Shown here: piece after piece, positions 13,316 through 24,988 of the stretch
How positions within the stretch are numbered: the stretch's first letter is position 1
Layout: each line of letters begins with the position of its first letter
Source of the DNA: Lama guanicoe
Lineage: Eukaryota
Length of the DNA stretch: 64,000 nucleotides
Direction: 5' to 3'
Assembly (NCBI GenBank): GCA_013239625.1
Contig: MU054212.1
Location: 496,001 to 560,000 of the forward strand
Translations under genes and position numbers: made by a program
Notes under the pieces: model-generated
Databases searched by the model: none
What the model was told of the DNA's origin: nothing
The model's input: only the letters and a program-made list of their open reading frames with translations

Positions 13316-13966
13316 AGTTACTTCATTTTTTTTGAATAGCTGCACCATTTTTCTTTGTATGGATGTGCCAGAATTTGTTAACCAGCCCCGGGGTGGTTAT
13401 TTTCAATACTTTCCTATTACAAACAACACTACAACAAACATAACCCTGAATACTCTCCATTTGTACATGTGTGAGTGTATCTGCAGGAAAAATTCCTGGA
13501 AGTGGGTCACATGGAACAGCACACAGCCCACTTGCCCTCTGAAGAGCTCTCCCAGTCCACACTGCATCAGGGTCTCTGCTCCCCGATCCCTCAGCCAACG
13601 CACCACAGATAATAACGTGTCCTCAAACTTTCTGACCTTGGCCAGTCTGGTAGGTGAAAACTTGTATCTCATTAGAGTTTTTATTTGCTTTTCTTAAATT
13701 ATGAAGGACACTGCATATCTTTTTTTTTTAAATGTTCAAGACCCATTTGTATTTTGTATTCTGAGAACTATTTCTTCAAATCATTTGTCCCTTTTTCTAC
13801 GGAATTGTTGACTTTGTTTCTTATCAATATTTAAGATTTCTTTAAGTATGAAGGAAGGGTCCTTTCTGAGATGTGAATTGCAAATATTTCCCTCTAGTAC
13901 GTTTGTCTTTTGATTAGTTTGGTTCCTTCCCTTCACCGCCCCTTCCCCTTTGGTCATTTGTTTTAT

Positions 13967-14002
13967 ACACACACACACACACACACACACTCACACACAC
14001 AC
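13967..14002. repeat. (CA)n microsatellite
   Basis: About 18 CA units with one T interruption. Confidence 0.95.
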
Positions 14003-14689
14003 AAGCTGAATTTACCTTTGCTTTCATAGCTTCTGGGCTTTATGCCGCATTTAGAAAGGCTTCTCCCCTGTCTGGGATGATTTAAAAAATATTCTCTCAC
14101 TGATTCATTCCACCAACAATAGATTAAGTTCTCTCTGCCAAGCTCTGGTTTAGGTGCTGGAGTTGCAGTGCTGAACTTAGCATATCATGAATACATGTTC
14201 TGGGTTCTTTTGCTAAAGTCTTTAGCACTTGTCCTAACTACCTTGATGATTTCATTTTTTTTGCATTTAAATCTTTCTTCCATCAGGAATTTAACCCAAT
14301 GTAAACTGTAAGGGATCTTTTTATTTTTTCCCAACTGGCAACCCAGTCAATTCCAACATCACTGACTAAGTAATTTCTTATCTTTACTAGTTTGAGATGT
14401 CAGTTTTATCATATGCTAAATTCCCATAGCCCACACATTTCAACGCTAAAAAGAAGACCTCAAATAAACGTCCTGCTTCAGGCTTCACCAACAGACCCTT
14501 CAGGCTGTTGGTCTACTCATTTTTGTCTTTAGGAGCACTTGGTGACAAGTCTGAGTATCACTGACATCTTTTTATCTTCTTTAGTCTTCACAAGAGTAAC
14601 CCCCAAGGTAGAGAGTATATCTCCATTTTCCAAGCAAGGAAATTAGGCCTACAGAAGTTAAGAAGGTGCCCCAATAGGCTAGATCTTAT

Positions 14690-15150
14690 TTATCTGCCCC
14701 ACACCTCCCTTCTCCTGGGAATTGCCAGCTGTCCCCCACACCATCCGTCTGCCTCTGGGAGTGAATGCCTGTTAGTCAAGATGAGAGGTCCAGGGCCTGC
14801 CCTGCACAAGCCCTGCCAATCAGTCTTTCTTGGTCAATTTGAAATGGAAACCCAGAGGGTCCAGGCTCTGTAGGTTATAAAGGTGGGAATCTGGCAGGCC
14901 CACATTTCTTGCCCAATGGACTAGAGGAGCAGAGTCTGCAGAGGGAGATGATGGAGGCTGAACCAGGCACTGGAGAAGGCTGAGAGCGAGAAAAGGCAGG
15001 CCCCCAGGCGTTCACATCCACGGTCCTCCGTGTGCCCGGGCTCCAGCTGTATTCCTGTTTCTGTCCCTTGAGATCTTCCTGTTTCTTTGGATAAATTCTC
15101 CTCAGGCTGCTTTGACTTGGGCTTCTGTCACCTGCAATCAAAGGGATCCT
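14690..15150 (+). mobile_element. Old MLT1J/K/L-like LTR
   Basis: The 3' end TTTGACTTGGGCTTCTGTCACCTGCAATCAAAGGGATCCT resembles the MLT1 terminus. Confidence 0.5.
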
Positions 15151-18100
15151 AGAAGATGGCCGAAACGAGCCTGGTCCTGGAATAGTTTGTTTCCAACACC
15201 TTCTCTCCAGTACATCACAAAAAGGGCCCAGAATGCTGTTTCAGCTCTGAAACTGTGTCTCCGAGGGCAAATGAGTGTGTGACTATGGCCAGTGTGGAAG
15301 GCTTCAGAGACCAGTGTCCTCAGCCATCCACCACGTGAGCCCATCTGTAACTATACCGGGGGATGGTGACGGTACAAACACAAAGCCACCTTCTCTTTCC
15401 ACCTGATCAAGCTGTGTTTTAGAAAAATGAGACCTTCCTACTTTCCACTGGGCCACTGTGTGACAGTGCAGGAGAGAAACTCATGCCATAATTTAGCCAG
15501 AGTCTTACGCTCTCATCTGCTCCCCTCTCCCTGGGGTACTTTTGATTCTTTCGGGAATTATAGCTGCCCCCCCAGGTTGGAAACCTGGAAGCCAGTTTCT
15601 CCTCAATGCCTCTCACCCTTGACCCTTCTTTTCCATTCTCACTGCCAATTCCAAGTGTTACTGCCTCGGGCTCAAATTGTTGTAATAGAGTTCTAACATT
15701 ATTGTCCCGTGCCTTTGATGGCCTGAAATGCCCTATGTCACATGTACACTAGAGTCCAAGTTCAAATATCACCTCCTCTGGGGGCCTCTCTGACCCCGAG
15801 GATTCAGCCGCTCCCTGCTGGCACAGACCTCCACCCTAAGATGTCACAGAGGGAACAGTGTGAGCAGAGGCACAAACCCATGCTCAACTTTTCTGAGCCT
15901 CTGTCTCTTTATCTGTCAGACAGGATAAACAGCAGGGCTGTGGTGAGAATTCAATCAAACTAGTAGGTCGGAATGACCGTTTCAGGGCCTAAACATAAAG
16001 GGGAGCCCACCTTGTTCCCTTTGCTCTCTTTCCCCAGGTTTCTCAGCAGACTGTTAACTTTCTGAAGCCTGGGACCTTGCCTCACTGGCTGCCTTGCAGA
16101 GAGCATGGCATAAAGCAGAGGCTCGATGCACACTGCATGAATGAAAAATAAAGGAAGACAAAGGAAAAACCCTCTCCGCTCTTAAGTCTCCCTGTTCAAC
16201 CCCATGTGCACATTTGCCAAAGTAACACTCCTTTGGTTTGGCTTTCAACACACGTGTCACTTCTTGTTTAAAAATCACCTCTGGCTCTCTAGGACCCATA
16301 GGTTCAAATTCCTTCTTTTAAGATTCAGGGCCCTCGTGATCCGGCTCTAAATTCTGTTTTTTCAACTTTCTCTCCCCTTATTCCCTGCTACAGCCCTTTT
16401 AATGTAGCTGTTCTGGGAGGTCTATTCATAGCCAGCCACTTTCAAAAGTCCTTTCCTTTCTTATCCCTGTCTTTGCACCTTCATTCATGCTTGGTTTCCT
16501 TACTAGAAGGCATTTCCTTCTCGCTGCCTCCTACCCAGCTGTGGCAGAGACGGCCAGCTGCTTCCTAATATCCCTAAAGAAATTGAAAAAAAAAATCCCC
16601 TATAATTCCACCGTTTAACATTTGGTTACATTTTCTTCCAAGCTTTATTTCTATGCATTTAAAAATATTTAAAAAATTATTCATTGGGAAGCAGTGTCTA
16701 TAATGCCACACACTTATTTCTATTTATATAAGCAAAAACCAGCAAATAAAAGTCACCATAATCCTACTGTCCTGTGCAGTGATTTAACTTTCTGGCCATA
16801 GGTACTTAAGACGCACATATTAGTGTTTAAAACAATTCCATTCATTTCTTCTCAAAGTTGAGATACTGTGATCTATCTAATTTCTATTCTGCTGCATTTG
16901 GCAAGCATTGCTCCAAAAAACATTTTTCATATCATTTCAGAAAGCTTGGTAAAGAAAATTAAAAAAAAATAGAAGCACAATATCCCATTGTTTGAGAAAA
17001 CCATAATTTTCTGAGTTTTTCCATTGCTCCACATTCAGGGATTTTTTTTTTCAAGCTTCCTTTATTTTAAACAATGTTACAATGAATATTTTTTTGTGCA
17101 TAAATGTTTGAACTTGTTTCTCACTAGCTCCTTCGGATTATCACACTAAACTATATTTCTTGAGTGCTCACTGTATACCAAGCGTTAACTGAACTGTTAC
17201 TGTATTGAATCCTCATAACGATGCTATAAGGTCGATATTATCATTCCCATTTCACAGATGACCTAACTGGAAGCACAAGTAAGCGGGGTAACGTGGGGCC
17301 GAAATTTAACCCGGCCAGTCTAACTAACTCCCAAGCCCACGCTCTCAATCATGAACTCTTTAAGGCTCTTGATACATTTGCCAAATGAAACTTTCTAGGA
17401 AGGAAAGTTCTAATCTACGCCAGCAGTGTAAGAGTGTCCATCACTCTTATTTCTCCTTTTTTCAAGTGATTGGTAGGCACATGCATTTCACTTTCTGTGA
17501 GCTGTCTCTTCACGTAGTTTGCCCATCGGTGAATGTTATCACGGACCACTGATTATCCCGGCTGAACTTCCCAGGGGCAGGCAAAGTGATGTTTCCCCCG
17601 GAATCTAGCCACGTTTATCCCTCTCAGATGTGAGAGTAACCTGAACAAACGCAAACGCTATAAATAATGCTTTTATTCCTGGGAGACACAGAGCCTTCTA
17701 GTCCCGCCAATTTATGCACACTCTAGAGGGCCCTTCACTGGAAGCCAGTGTGTGCCGGCCATGTGTGAGCTGCATGTTCAGGAGCTATAATTACATAAGA
17801 GTAAGAAGTGTTTTTTTTCCTTTGTACATGAGCTGGTATTATTCATGAATACCAGTATAATTTCCAAAAAAAAAAGGGTTAATTTCAAGGAAAATAAAAT
17901 CAAGAGTTTGCTATAATTCACATATAAAAGTAACACAACAAAGAAAATTGACTGATTTTCTTTAAAACACCAATTTCATAAAAATTCTGCAGGTGGATTT
18001 TGGGTGGCATTATGGGCATGAATCATCTCCTTTTGGAAGACTGAAGACCTCCCATGGAAGCACCTGAAATGTATTTTCTTAACACAGTTCTGATGCCAGG

Positions 18101-20128
18101 TTTCTTCCAGGACAGTTCACGCCTTCGGCAGTGGAACGGGATGGCCAATCGGCAGCGTGCTCCCCTGGGGCTCCTTGTGTAATGACATCAGCCACCATTC
18201 ACAAGCACCCGCCACGTGTTACACACTTAGGAGGTGCACACACGCCTTGGTTCTAATCTGCACAATAACGATGCGAGGTAGACAGGATTTGCTCCAGCCT
18301 TGAGAGGAAGAAGCCGAGGCCCAGAGGTCACAGGTTAGTGGGAGAGTTGGGAATCTGAAAACGCAAACCTGGGCCCATTGGCTGCCCCACTCTCAGGAGG
18401 GCTTGTGGGCCGGACCATTCATTATGAATGGTTATCCCTCTCTGCAACTGGCTGGGCCACATCCACGGGAGAGCTCTGAGGGGCCAGGGGAAAATTCGAA
18501 GAATAAATGCATGTGCAGTGCTGTTTTGGATTTCCTACTCTAAAAACACTCTGAAGGTGACGAAGGGTTACTGGCACGTCTCCCCAGATTGACGACAGAT
18601 CTCAGTCCATTCTTGCCTTGAGCTGTTGTCTTTGGTAAATTAGTAACTCATGCTTACATGACTGTATATACAGTCCAGCGGACACGCCCTATTGTCTAGT
18701 TTTCTCAGCTTCTCATACGAATTGTAAAAGTCTGAAGGCCTCACATCGTACTAGGCAGGTACTGTGGTACAAGATCCTTTTTACTCTTTCCTCCACATAG
18801 GGTGAGGGTTAGGAGACAAAATGATCCTGTTTGGGTCCTAGATGAACAAGGTCAGGGGCTGCTGGTGCCAACCCCCGAGGGACGGGTAGTCCCTCGGACA
18901 GGAGAAGGAGACCTGGAGAGTGGGACCGTGGCCAGGAGCAGGAGTGCCATTTCCCCAGGGCATCTTCTCCTGTGTAGGGACAGGAGAGTATCCTAGGTGC
19001 TGGGGACAAAGGTTGAGACAGCCCCTACCCTAGGTGGTATGCTGGGGTTTGGTTGAACCCTGTGCATACAGCTGTTTCTCTCTCTTTAAAAAAATACTTG
19101 ACGTATTTGAGTGAAAATATTACCATGACTTCCTCTGCTATTAGCTGGAGGGCTCCAGGATGGGATTATAACCTGTTCTTGTTCACAGGACCTAAGCCAG
19201 AACCTAGTGTGAGATTGGCATTTAGGAAATATTGAGATGAGGAACACAAGTAAGTCACATTCTACAAGTCACATTCTGCAATCGGTGGCTGTTTATTACT
19301 TACTGAGTTTATTTCTTCATTCAAAAGCCCTGAGCTTCTAGTTAAGTTCTATTTAAATGTTGTATTTAGTCTCAGATGTCTTGGAGAAATTAAGTATGGA
19401 AATTAAGGTATCTTTGCCAAATTGTAAAGGGAGAAACAATAACGCCCCTCCCCCATCAATTTCTATCCCCTCCTCCCAGGACAAAGAAGTGATCCAGAGT
19501 CCCCATGGGGAAGGTGAATTTCAAGAGTTGGGGCCTTAACGACTGCCTCTTGGACAGTCTCCATTTCCAATCTTGGAAAATGTAACTTTCATTTGATTAA
19601 GGAAAGTAGCAGGTTTCTCACCAACCCTATGCCTATATTTTATGCCTATAAAAAGCAGGCAGCAGCCTGCACTTTTACGGAACATGCAGTAAAATCATCT
19701 GTTCTGAACTGGAGCTGACATCCGAAGTGTCTCATGGTCCTGCCTGCCTGGCAGGACTAGTGAAAACTATAAAAACCTAGAACTTAAAACATCCTGGCCT
19801 TTGTTAGGGGCACCTTCTATATTTTGCATTTTTTCCAGTAATAGCTACCTACCTGAGACCCTCTGCTAGTTACAGCATTATACTGTCACTAATCCTCACA
19901 ACTCTGCAGGGTGAAATATTACTAAACCTACCTTTGCTTATGAGGCAACCAATGCCAACATTTTGTGATTTTTCTAAGCAGGAGTCCCCAAAGGTCATAA
20001 GCCTGTAAGGGCCTCGCTGGCATCAGAATCCCTTGTTAATACCACTTAGGTGGCTTCTTTAATGAGTGATATCCACTGTCATCTCTAAGCTAATTTTCAG
20101 ACTTCTTGGTCTGCTGAATTTTTTTTTT

Positions 20129-20210
20129 NNNNNNNNNNNNNNNNNNNNNNNNNNNNNNNNNNNNNNNNNNNNNNNNNNNNNNNNNNNNNNNNNNNNNNNN
20201 NNNNNNNNNN
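20129..20210. other. Assembly gap (82 N)
   Basis: Run of N in the sequence. Confidence 1.
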
Positions 20211-21077
20211 TTGGGTCTGCTAATTTTTTTTTTAAAGGGCCAGTGATTACTTGTAGGTTCTTTCTCTTTCTTTCATTTTTAAATTGACTCCCATATGTGT
20301 CAATCAAAGCAGTTCATGCATGCAATTAAAGTGTTCAGAATGGGCTTTTGGAAGGAGCAGTATGGAAGTAAACGGAAAAAAACCAAACCCTGGCAAACCA
20401 GTAAGAGTTACACTACAAGTTCTAGTCCTCTGTGCCTGCAATCCATAAGGAATTTGCAGAATTTCCTCTTCCTAAACCATCCTCCTCCTTTTTTCCTTTA
20501 TTTCCCAAGTCAACTGAAATCCTGGCTCTTGCCTGAGGACTCCCCTCAGATAAAAAGCTTCTTTTTCACACTATGATAACTTATATAGTCCCAGTCAATT
20601 GCTCATTTGATCACTTAATCAGAGTCTGCCTCACATTTTTACTTAAGTATGTCCTGAGCTTCTGGTAGTCCCTACTTTCAGTGTCAAGGGCACAAGGGCC
20701 TTTAAAAGCTACATTTCTTTGTCTACCTTTTGTAGCAAATGGTGCTGTGCACATAGAAGTTGCCCAATAATACTTGATTCATATATAAATAGGTGAAAAA
20801 TAAGTGAATTTGGAAAAATTCAGGGGATAAGTAGATTAGGATAATATAAAGAACAGATCTTTAAAAAAGTACTTTAAAGTTTTATAAAATGTTTCTCAAG
20901 CAATCTCATTGGTACCTCAGAATAACCCAGAGGAAATTGGCTTAGAGAGGTTAAGAGACTTGCTCTTGAAACCCAGATCCCCTTCCTCCAAAGCTTGTTT
21001 TATTTCCATTATAGCTGGCTCTCAAATGTGAATATGAGATTAAATGCGGAGATGGCCCCCGTCATAAAACATCCTCC

Positions 21078-21091
21078 CCAGCAGAGGGCAC
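21078..21091 (+). promoter_or_regulatory. Candidate CTCF-binding site
   Basis: CCAGCAGAGGGCAC matches the core consensus CCASYAGRKGGCRS at every position. Motif evidence only. Confidence 0.55.
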
Positions 21092-23530
21092 TATAATATG
21101 TATGGGTCTTAAGAGTAAATTTGCTTATTGGCCCAGGTAGTGACCTTGGGCAAATTATTTAATTTTTCTGAGCCTCATCTGGAAACTATTGAAGATAATG
21201 ACCCCCTCCCCAACTCCCTTGCAGAGTGGTCATAAGGATTAGAAATATTCTGTGGCTAGCACACAGTAGGTGAACTACATCTCTCCTGATCCCCATAAAA
21301 GCAGTTTGGAGGTTAAATCAATATTAATTCTTGTTTGATGCTTTAATAAATATTTGAAATTATTTTGGATATTTAACTCTTAAAATAGCCTAAGGGATGC
21401 ATCAAATGGGCAAAGAAATGAATATTGATGAAAAAATTTTAATACCCAGTGCTGGCAAGAGTGAGGAAGCAGATTAGGACAACTTTTCTGGATTAAGAAC
21501 ATGATATGCTGTTCGCCCCAGCATCTATTTAACCCAATAAAATAATATTGGATGGCTGAAAAACAAAGGATGTCATAATTACTCTTTATAACAGCAAAAG
21601 AGGAAACAACCTAAATGTTCAATGTAGAGCACAGGCTTAATAATGACAGTTTCTCCAACAAACTGAACACCATGCATCAGAATGATGCTATAGAAGAACA
21701 TTCTAAGTGGAAAGATAACCACAACACAGCAAGCAAAATTCACAAGACACAAACAGCCTGCTTTCACTTTTGTTTAAAAATACACATAGGACAGAAACCA
21801 AAATTGTATTAGTTATTTCCATAGGAGATGAGATTATTAGTGAAGCTTTTTTCCCCCTACTTCTCTTTGCTTATCTTATTCTCGAAACATTCTGCAATTA
21901 ACATGTATCCCTATTGTGATTAAAAAAAAGTGTTTTCTTTCACAAGTGCAGAGTTGTTGTTTTATTTAACACTGCCTGCCAGCACAACCAGGCCAGCGGT
22001 CAGGTAAATTAAGTTAGTTGTAATAAAGCAGCTTGGAAGTTTCAAGTAGTTAATTAAACAGAATAATTAAAATCCTAATGAAATTACACAGAGCTGGTCA
22101 TTTAGCTGCTGTAAGGCTGCTATAAATACATACTAGGTTCCACTTTTTCAAAAGGCCTAAAAATGGCATAAAATAAAAAATGAACAATTGTCCCTGTAAA
22201 GGGCCATGTGCCACGTTTGTCCTAAGCAACTGTAACCTGAACTCACCCATATCTCATCCTCCAGGCTGGCTGCATGTCTCTGGAAGGGTGTATTTGCTCT
22301 ACATTACTCAATTTACTTTTCTGAACTCGAAATGGAGTGGAATTTCAATGGAGAATTACCCATTAGCAACAAGGCTAAATTTAAACCTTCAGTTAAATTA
22401 ATCCCTTGATCTTAAACACATTGCTTCTCCCTCAGAAAAGTGTAGAGAGGTTTCTTAGATGTCAGAGTGCAATTCAGTGTGACAACTGTTCCTGCTGCAT
22501 TTGGTAAGTCACCCAAACCGCACAGGGAAACCCGAGTTCCTTTTCAGATCGCTACTGGTACCCAATTCCATCCCCCAGACAGGCATTTGTTGGGGGTAGG
22601 GCCGGAGTACAGCACCGGAGACTCCTCGAAGAACCAAAATTTCAACTCTTTAAGAACCATCAAGTTCTTGGACAGGTCTTGATAGAAGACATGGTAGATG
22701 CCAAATGGATATTTATGAAATAAATGACAGAAAGTGTGCATATTGTTTCCAGTTTACATGGGAGAAAAAGAGAACATAACCCACAAAAATTTGAAAGGTG
22801 ACAAGCGGAAAAGGGTGTGAGGCCATCTTAGCTTACCTCTCTGTCTTCAGGGAAAACGGAGCACGTTTCTGGGACAAAGTAAAAATTCATATTGGCCTTT
22901 GCTAAGAGATGTAAAGCGACAGCACCATCAAACGGAGGTGAGTGAGTTAGTCTGGCGGTAGGGATGACGTTTGCCCGCCTGGGGTCTTATGCACACCGGG
23001 GTGGGCATTTATGTCTGGGGCTGCATCCTCAGCCTGTAAATGAATGAGACACAAACTCAACGGTTAGAGGCAGCTTCAAGGTAGGACTGTCCACAGAAGG
23101 GGTGTGTTCCTAACCGTGTGTAACTATTTATAAGGACGTATTTCTCGGGGGCAAACGGCAGCTCGGAGTCCAGTTAACTCATTCGCAGGTCAAATCTGCG
23201 TCGCTCTAATTGTCCTGCAGACCCACAACTCTCCCAAGACCACATCCTCATTCCGTGACTCACGGGGTTCTGCTCGCGCCCCCAGTCCCAGTCCTAGCGC
23301 GGCGGGGAAACGTGCTCGCTTTCCTCACCTGGGCGCGCGCCCTGGGAGCCACCAACTCGCCCCGCAGGAAGCTCAGACTACCTTGACCGCCCGGCGGATC
23401 CCTAGCCCCGCCACCCGCTCGGCTTTCCCTTCCTCCTCCTCTTCCTCCTCCTCCGGCCCCCCCGCCTCCCGCCGCCTGCCTCCGCGGTCGCCGCCTGCGG
23501 CTTTGTTTTCCTCCCAGGTTTCATTCCCCA

Positions 23531-23640
23531 CACGTGATACTGTGTTTTTGCAAAGAGCGCTTCGGAGCGCGAGCGCGGGGCGCGCGCACCTATAAATACG
23601 GACACTCGGGCCCGTGAGCCGGAGACAGCCAGGGCGGGGA
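23531..23640 (+). promoter_or_regulatory. Candidate core promoter: E-box, BREu-like element, TATA box, GC box
   Basis: CACGTG 23531-23536; GCGCACC directly before TATAAATA (23591-23598); GGGCGGGG 23632-23639. Lies about 310 nt upstream of the ATG. Confidence 0.6.
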
Positions 23641-23902
23641 GGGCCCGGGACCGAACCCCCAGGCGGCCGGAGGGCGGGCGGATTGCCAGCGAGCCGTGCG
23701 CGTGGGCCGGGGCGACAGCGCCCCCCGCCTGAGCACCGAGGGGCGAGCATGGCCCGCCCGCTGGGGGGCCGGGCCGCCGCGCACGCCGCCCGCGCCCCGC
23801 GCCCTGCCCAGCCCGGGTCACCGGCGCTCGCGCCCGCCGCTTAGCACTCGGGCGCCGCTCGCTTCTCCCGGCATCGCGGAAATATCGCCGCAGACGGACA
23901 CA

Positions 23903-24774
23903 ATGGCGGCGACTGCCGCCACCACAGCCGCCACCGCCGGCACGGCCGTCCGCAGCAGCAGCAGCAGCAGCAGCGCCGGCACCGACGCCACGGGCACCAG
24001 CAGATTGCAGCAACCGCCGCCGCAGCAGCAGCCCCAGCCCGCGGCCCCAGCGCCGGCCCAGTCGCCGGCGCCGGCGCCGGAGCCGCCCCGGAAGCCGCGC
24101 ATGGACCCGCGGCGCCGCCAGGCTGCCCTCTCCTTCCTCACCAACATCTCGCTGGACGGCCGGCCGCCGCTGCAGGATGAGGAGTGGGCTGGCGGCGAGG
24201 AGAGCGGTGCGGCCAAGTCGGGCGCCGGCAGCGCCTGCGGCGCGAGGACTCGACTCAGCCTGCTCGCCGCCGCCGAGCGGGGCGGCTGCAGCGCGCTCGC
24301 CGCGGCGGGCACGGCGGCGGCGTTGGCAGCAGGATCTGGCTCCTGCTTCCCACCGCCCTCGCCGCTACCACTCCTGGCCCCCGGCGGCCATGCGGCCGTG
24401 CTCGGCCCCGGGGCGGCCCGAGGGTTCGCTGGCCCCTTGGGGGCGGGCCGGGCGTCGGGGGAGCAGTTGCAGGCGCTCCGGCTCGCGCCTCTAGCCGCCT
24501 GCGCTCAGCTGCAGCTGCCCGACGGGCCTGGGGGCGCCGGGCAGGAGGAGTTGGAGGAGGACGATGCCTTTACCAGCGTACAGGTGCCGGCGGCTGCCTT
24601 CTTGGGCTCTGGGACCCCCGGGAGTGGGAGCGGCAGTCGAGGCCGCCTCAACTCGTTCACTCAGGGAATCCTGCCCATCGCCTTCTCCAGGCAGACCTCG
24701 CAGAACTACTGCTCCCTGGAACAAGCGGGCCAGGGGGGCAGCACCAGCGCCTTCGAGCAGCTGCAGAGGTCCCG
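23903..24774 (+). CDS. CABLES1: CABLES1 (Cdk5 and Abl enzyme substrate 1) coding exon 1
   Basis: ATG at 23903 in strong context (ACAATGG) within the 23696..24778 frame. The translation contains PPRKPRMDPRRRQAALSFLTNISLDG and RGRLNSFTQGILPIAFSR...SAFEQLQRSR, recognised as the CABLES1 N-terminus. It ends at CG|GTGAGT (donor 24775): 872 nt, phase 2. Confidence 0.97.
23954..23974 (+). repeat. (AGC)7 coding trinucleotide repeat (poly-Ser)
   Basis: Seven perfect AGC codons in exon 1. Confidence 0.95.
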
Positions 24775-24944
24775 GTGAGTATCCAGGACGACTCGCGTGC
24801 CTTACTTACCTCACGTCTCTCCGGGCTGGCTCACTGCTGCCGGACGCGGGTCGCTCCTACCTTCCCGCGCGCTGCCGAATCTCTGGGCTTCTGGCGCGAA
24901 TTCCAAACCACGAGGGCACGCGGAAGAGGGAAGGCCCCTAAGGA

Positions 24945-24988
24945 GCGCGCGCGCGCTTGTGTGTGTGTGTGTGTGTATGTGTGTGCAC
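24945..24988. repeat. Compound (GC)6-TT-(GT)n microsatellite
   Basis: GCGCGCGCGCGCTTGTGTGTGTGTGTGTGTGTATGTGTGTGCAC. Confidence 0.92.

Larger units (their letters stand above)
12880..14430 (-). mobile_element. Old L1ME-like fragment carrying a SINE and a (CA)n insertion
   Basis: Degenerate antisense L1 motifs (CCTTGGCCAGTCTGGTAGGTGAAAA, CATTTAAATCTTT..TCCATC). Confidence 0.6.

Noticed and set aside
23696..23902. 69-codon GTG-initiated N-terminal extension in the ORF track
   Set aside because: GC-rich leaders lack stops by chance, and recognisable CABLES1 sequence starts at the strong ATG at 23903. Non-AUG initiation cannot be excluded but nothing supports it.
23373..24312. Antisense ORFs (125, 203 and 164 aa) across the promoter and exon 1
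   Set aside because: Shadow frames of GC-rich sequence with no recognisable domain.
24775..24778. In-frame TGA right after exon 1, suggesting a truncated 291-aa isoform
   Set aside because: Any phase-2 GTGAGT donor gives this stop automatically, and exon 2 does the same. No evidence for intron retention.
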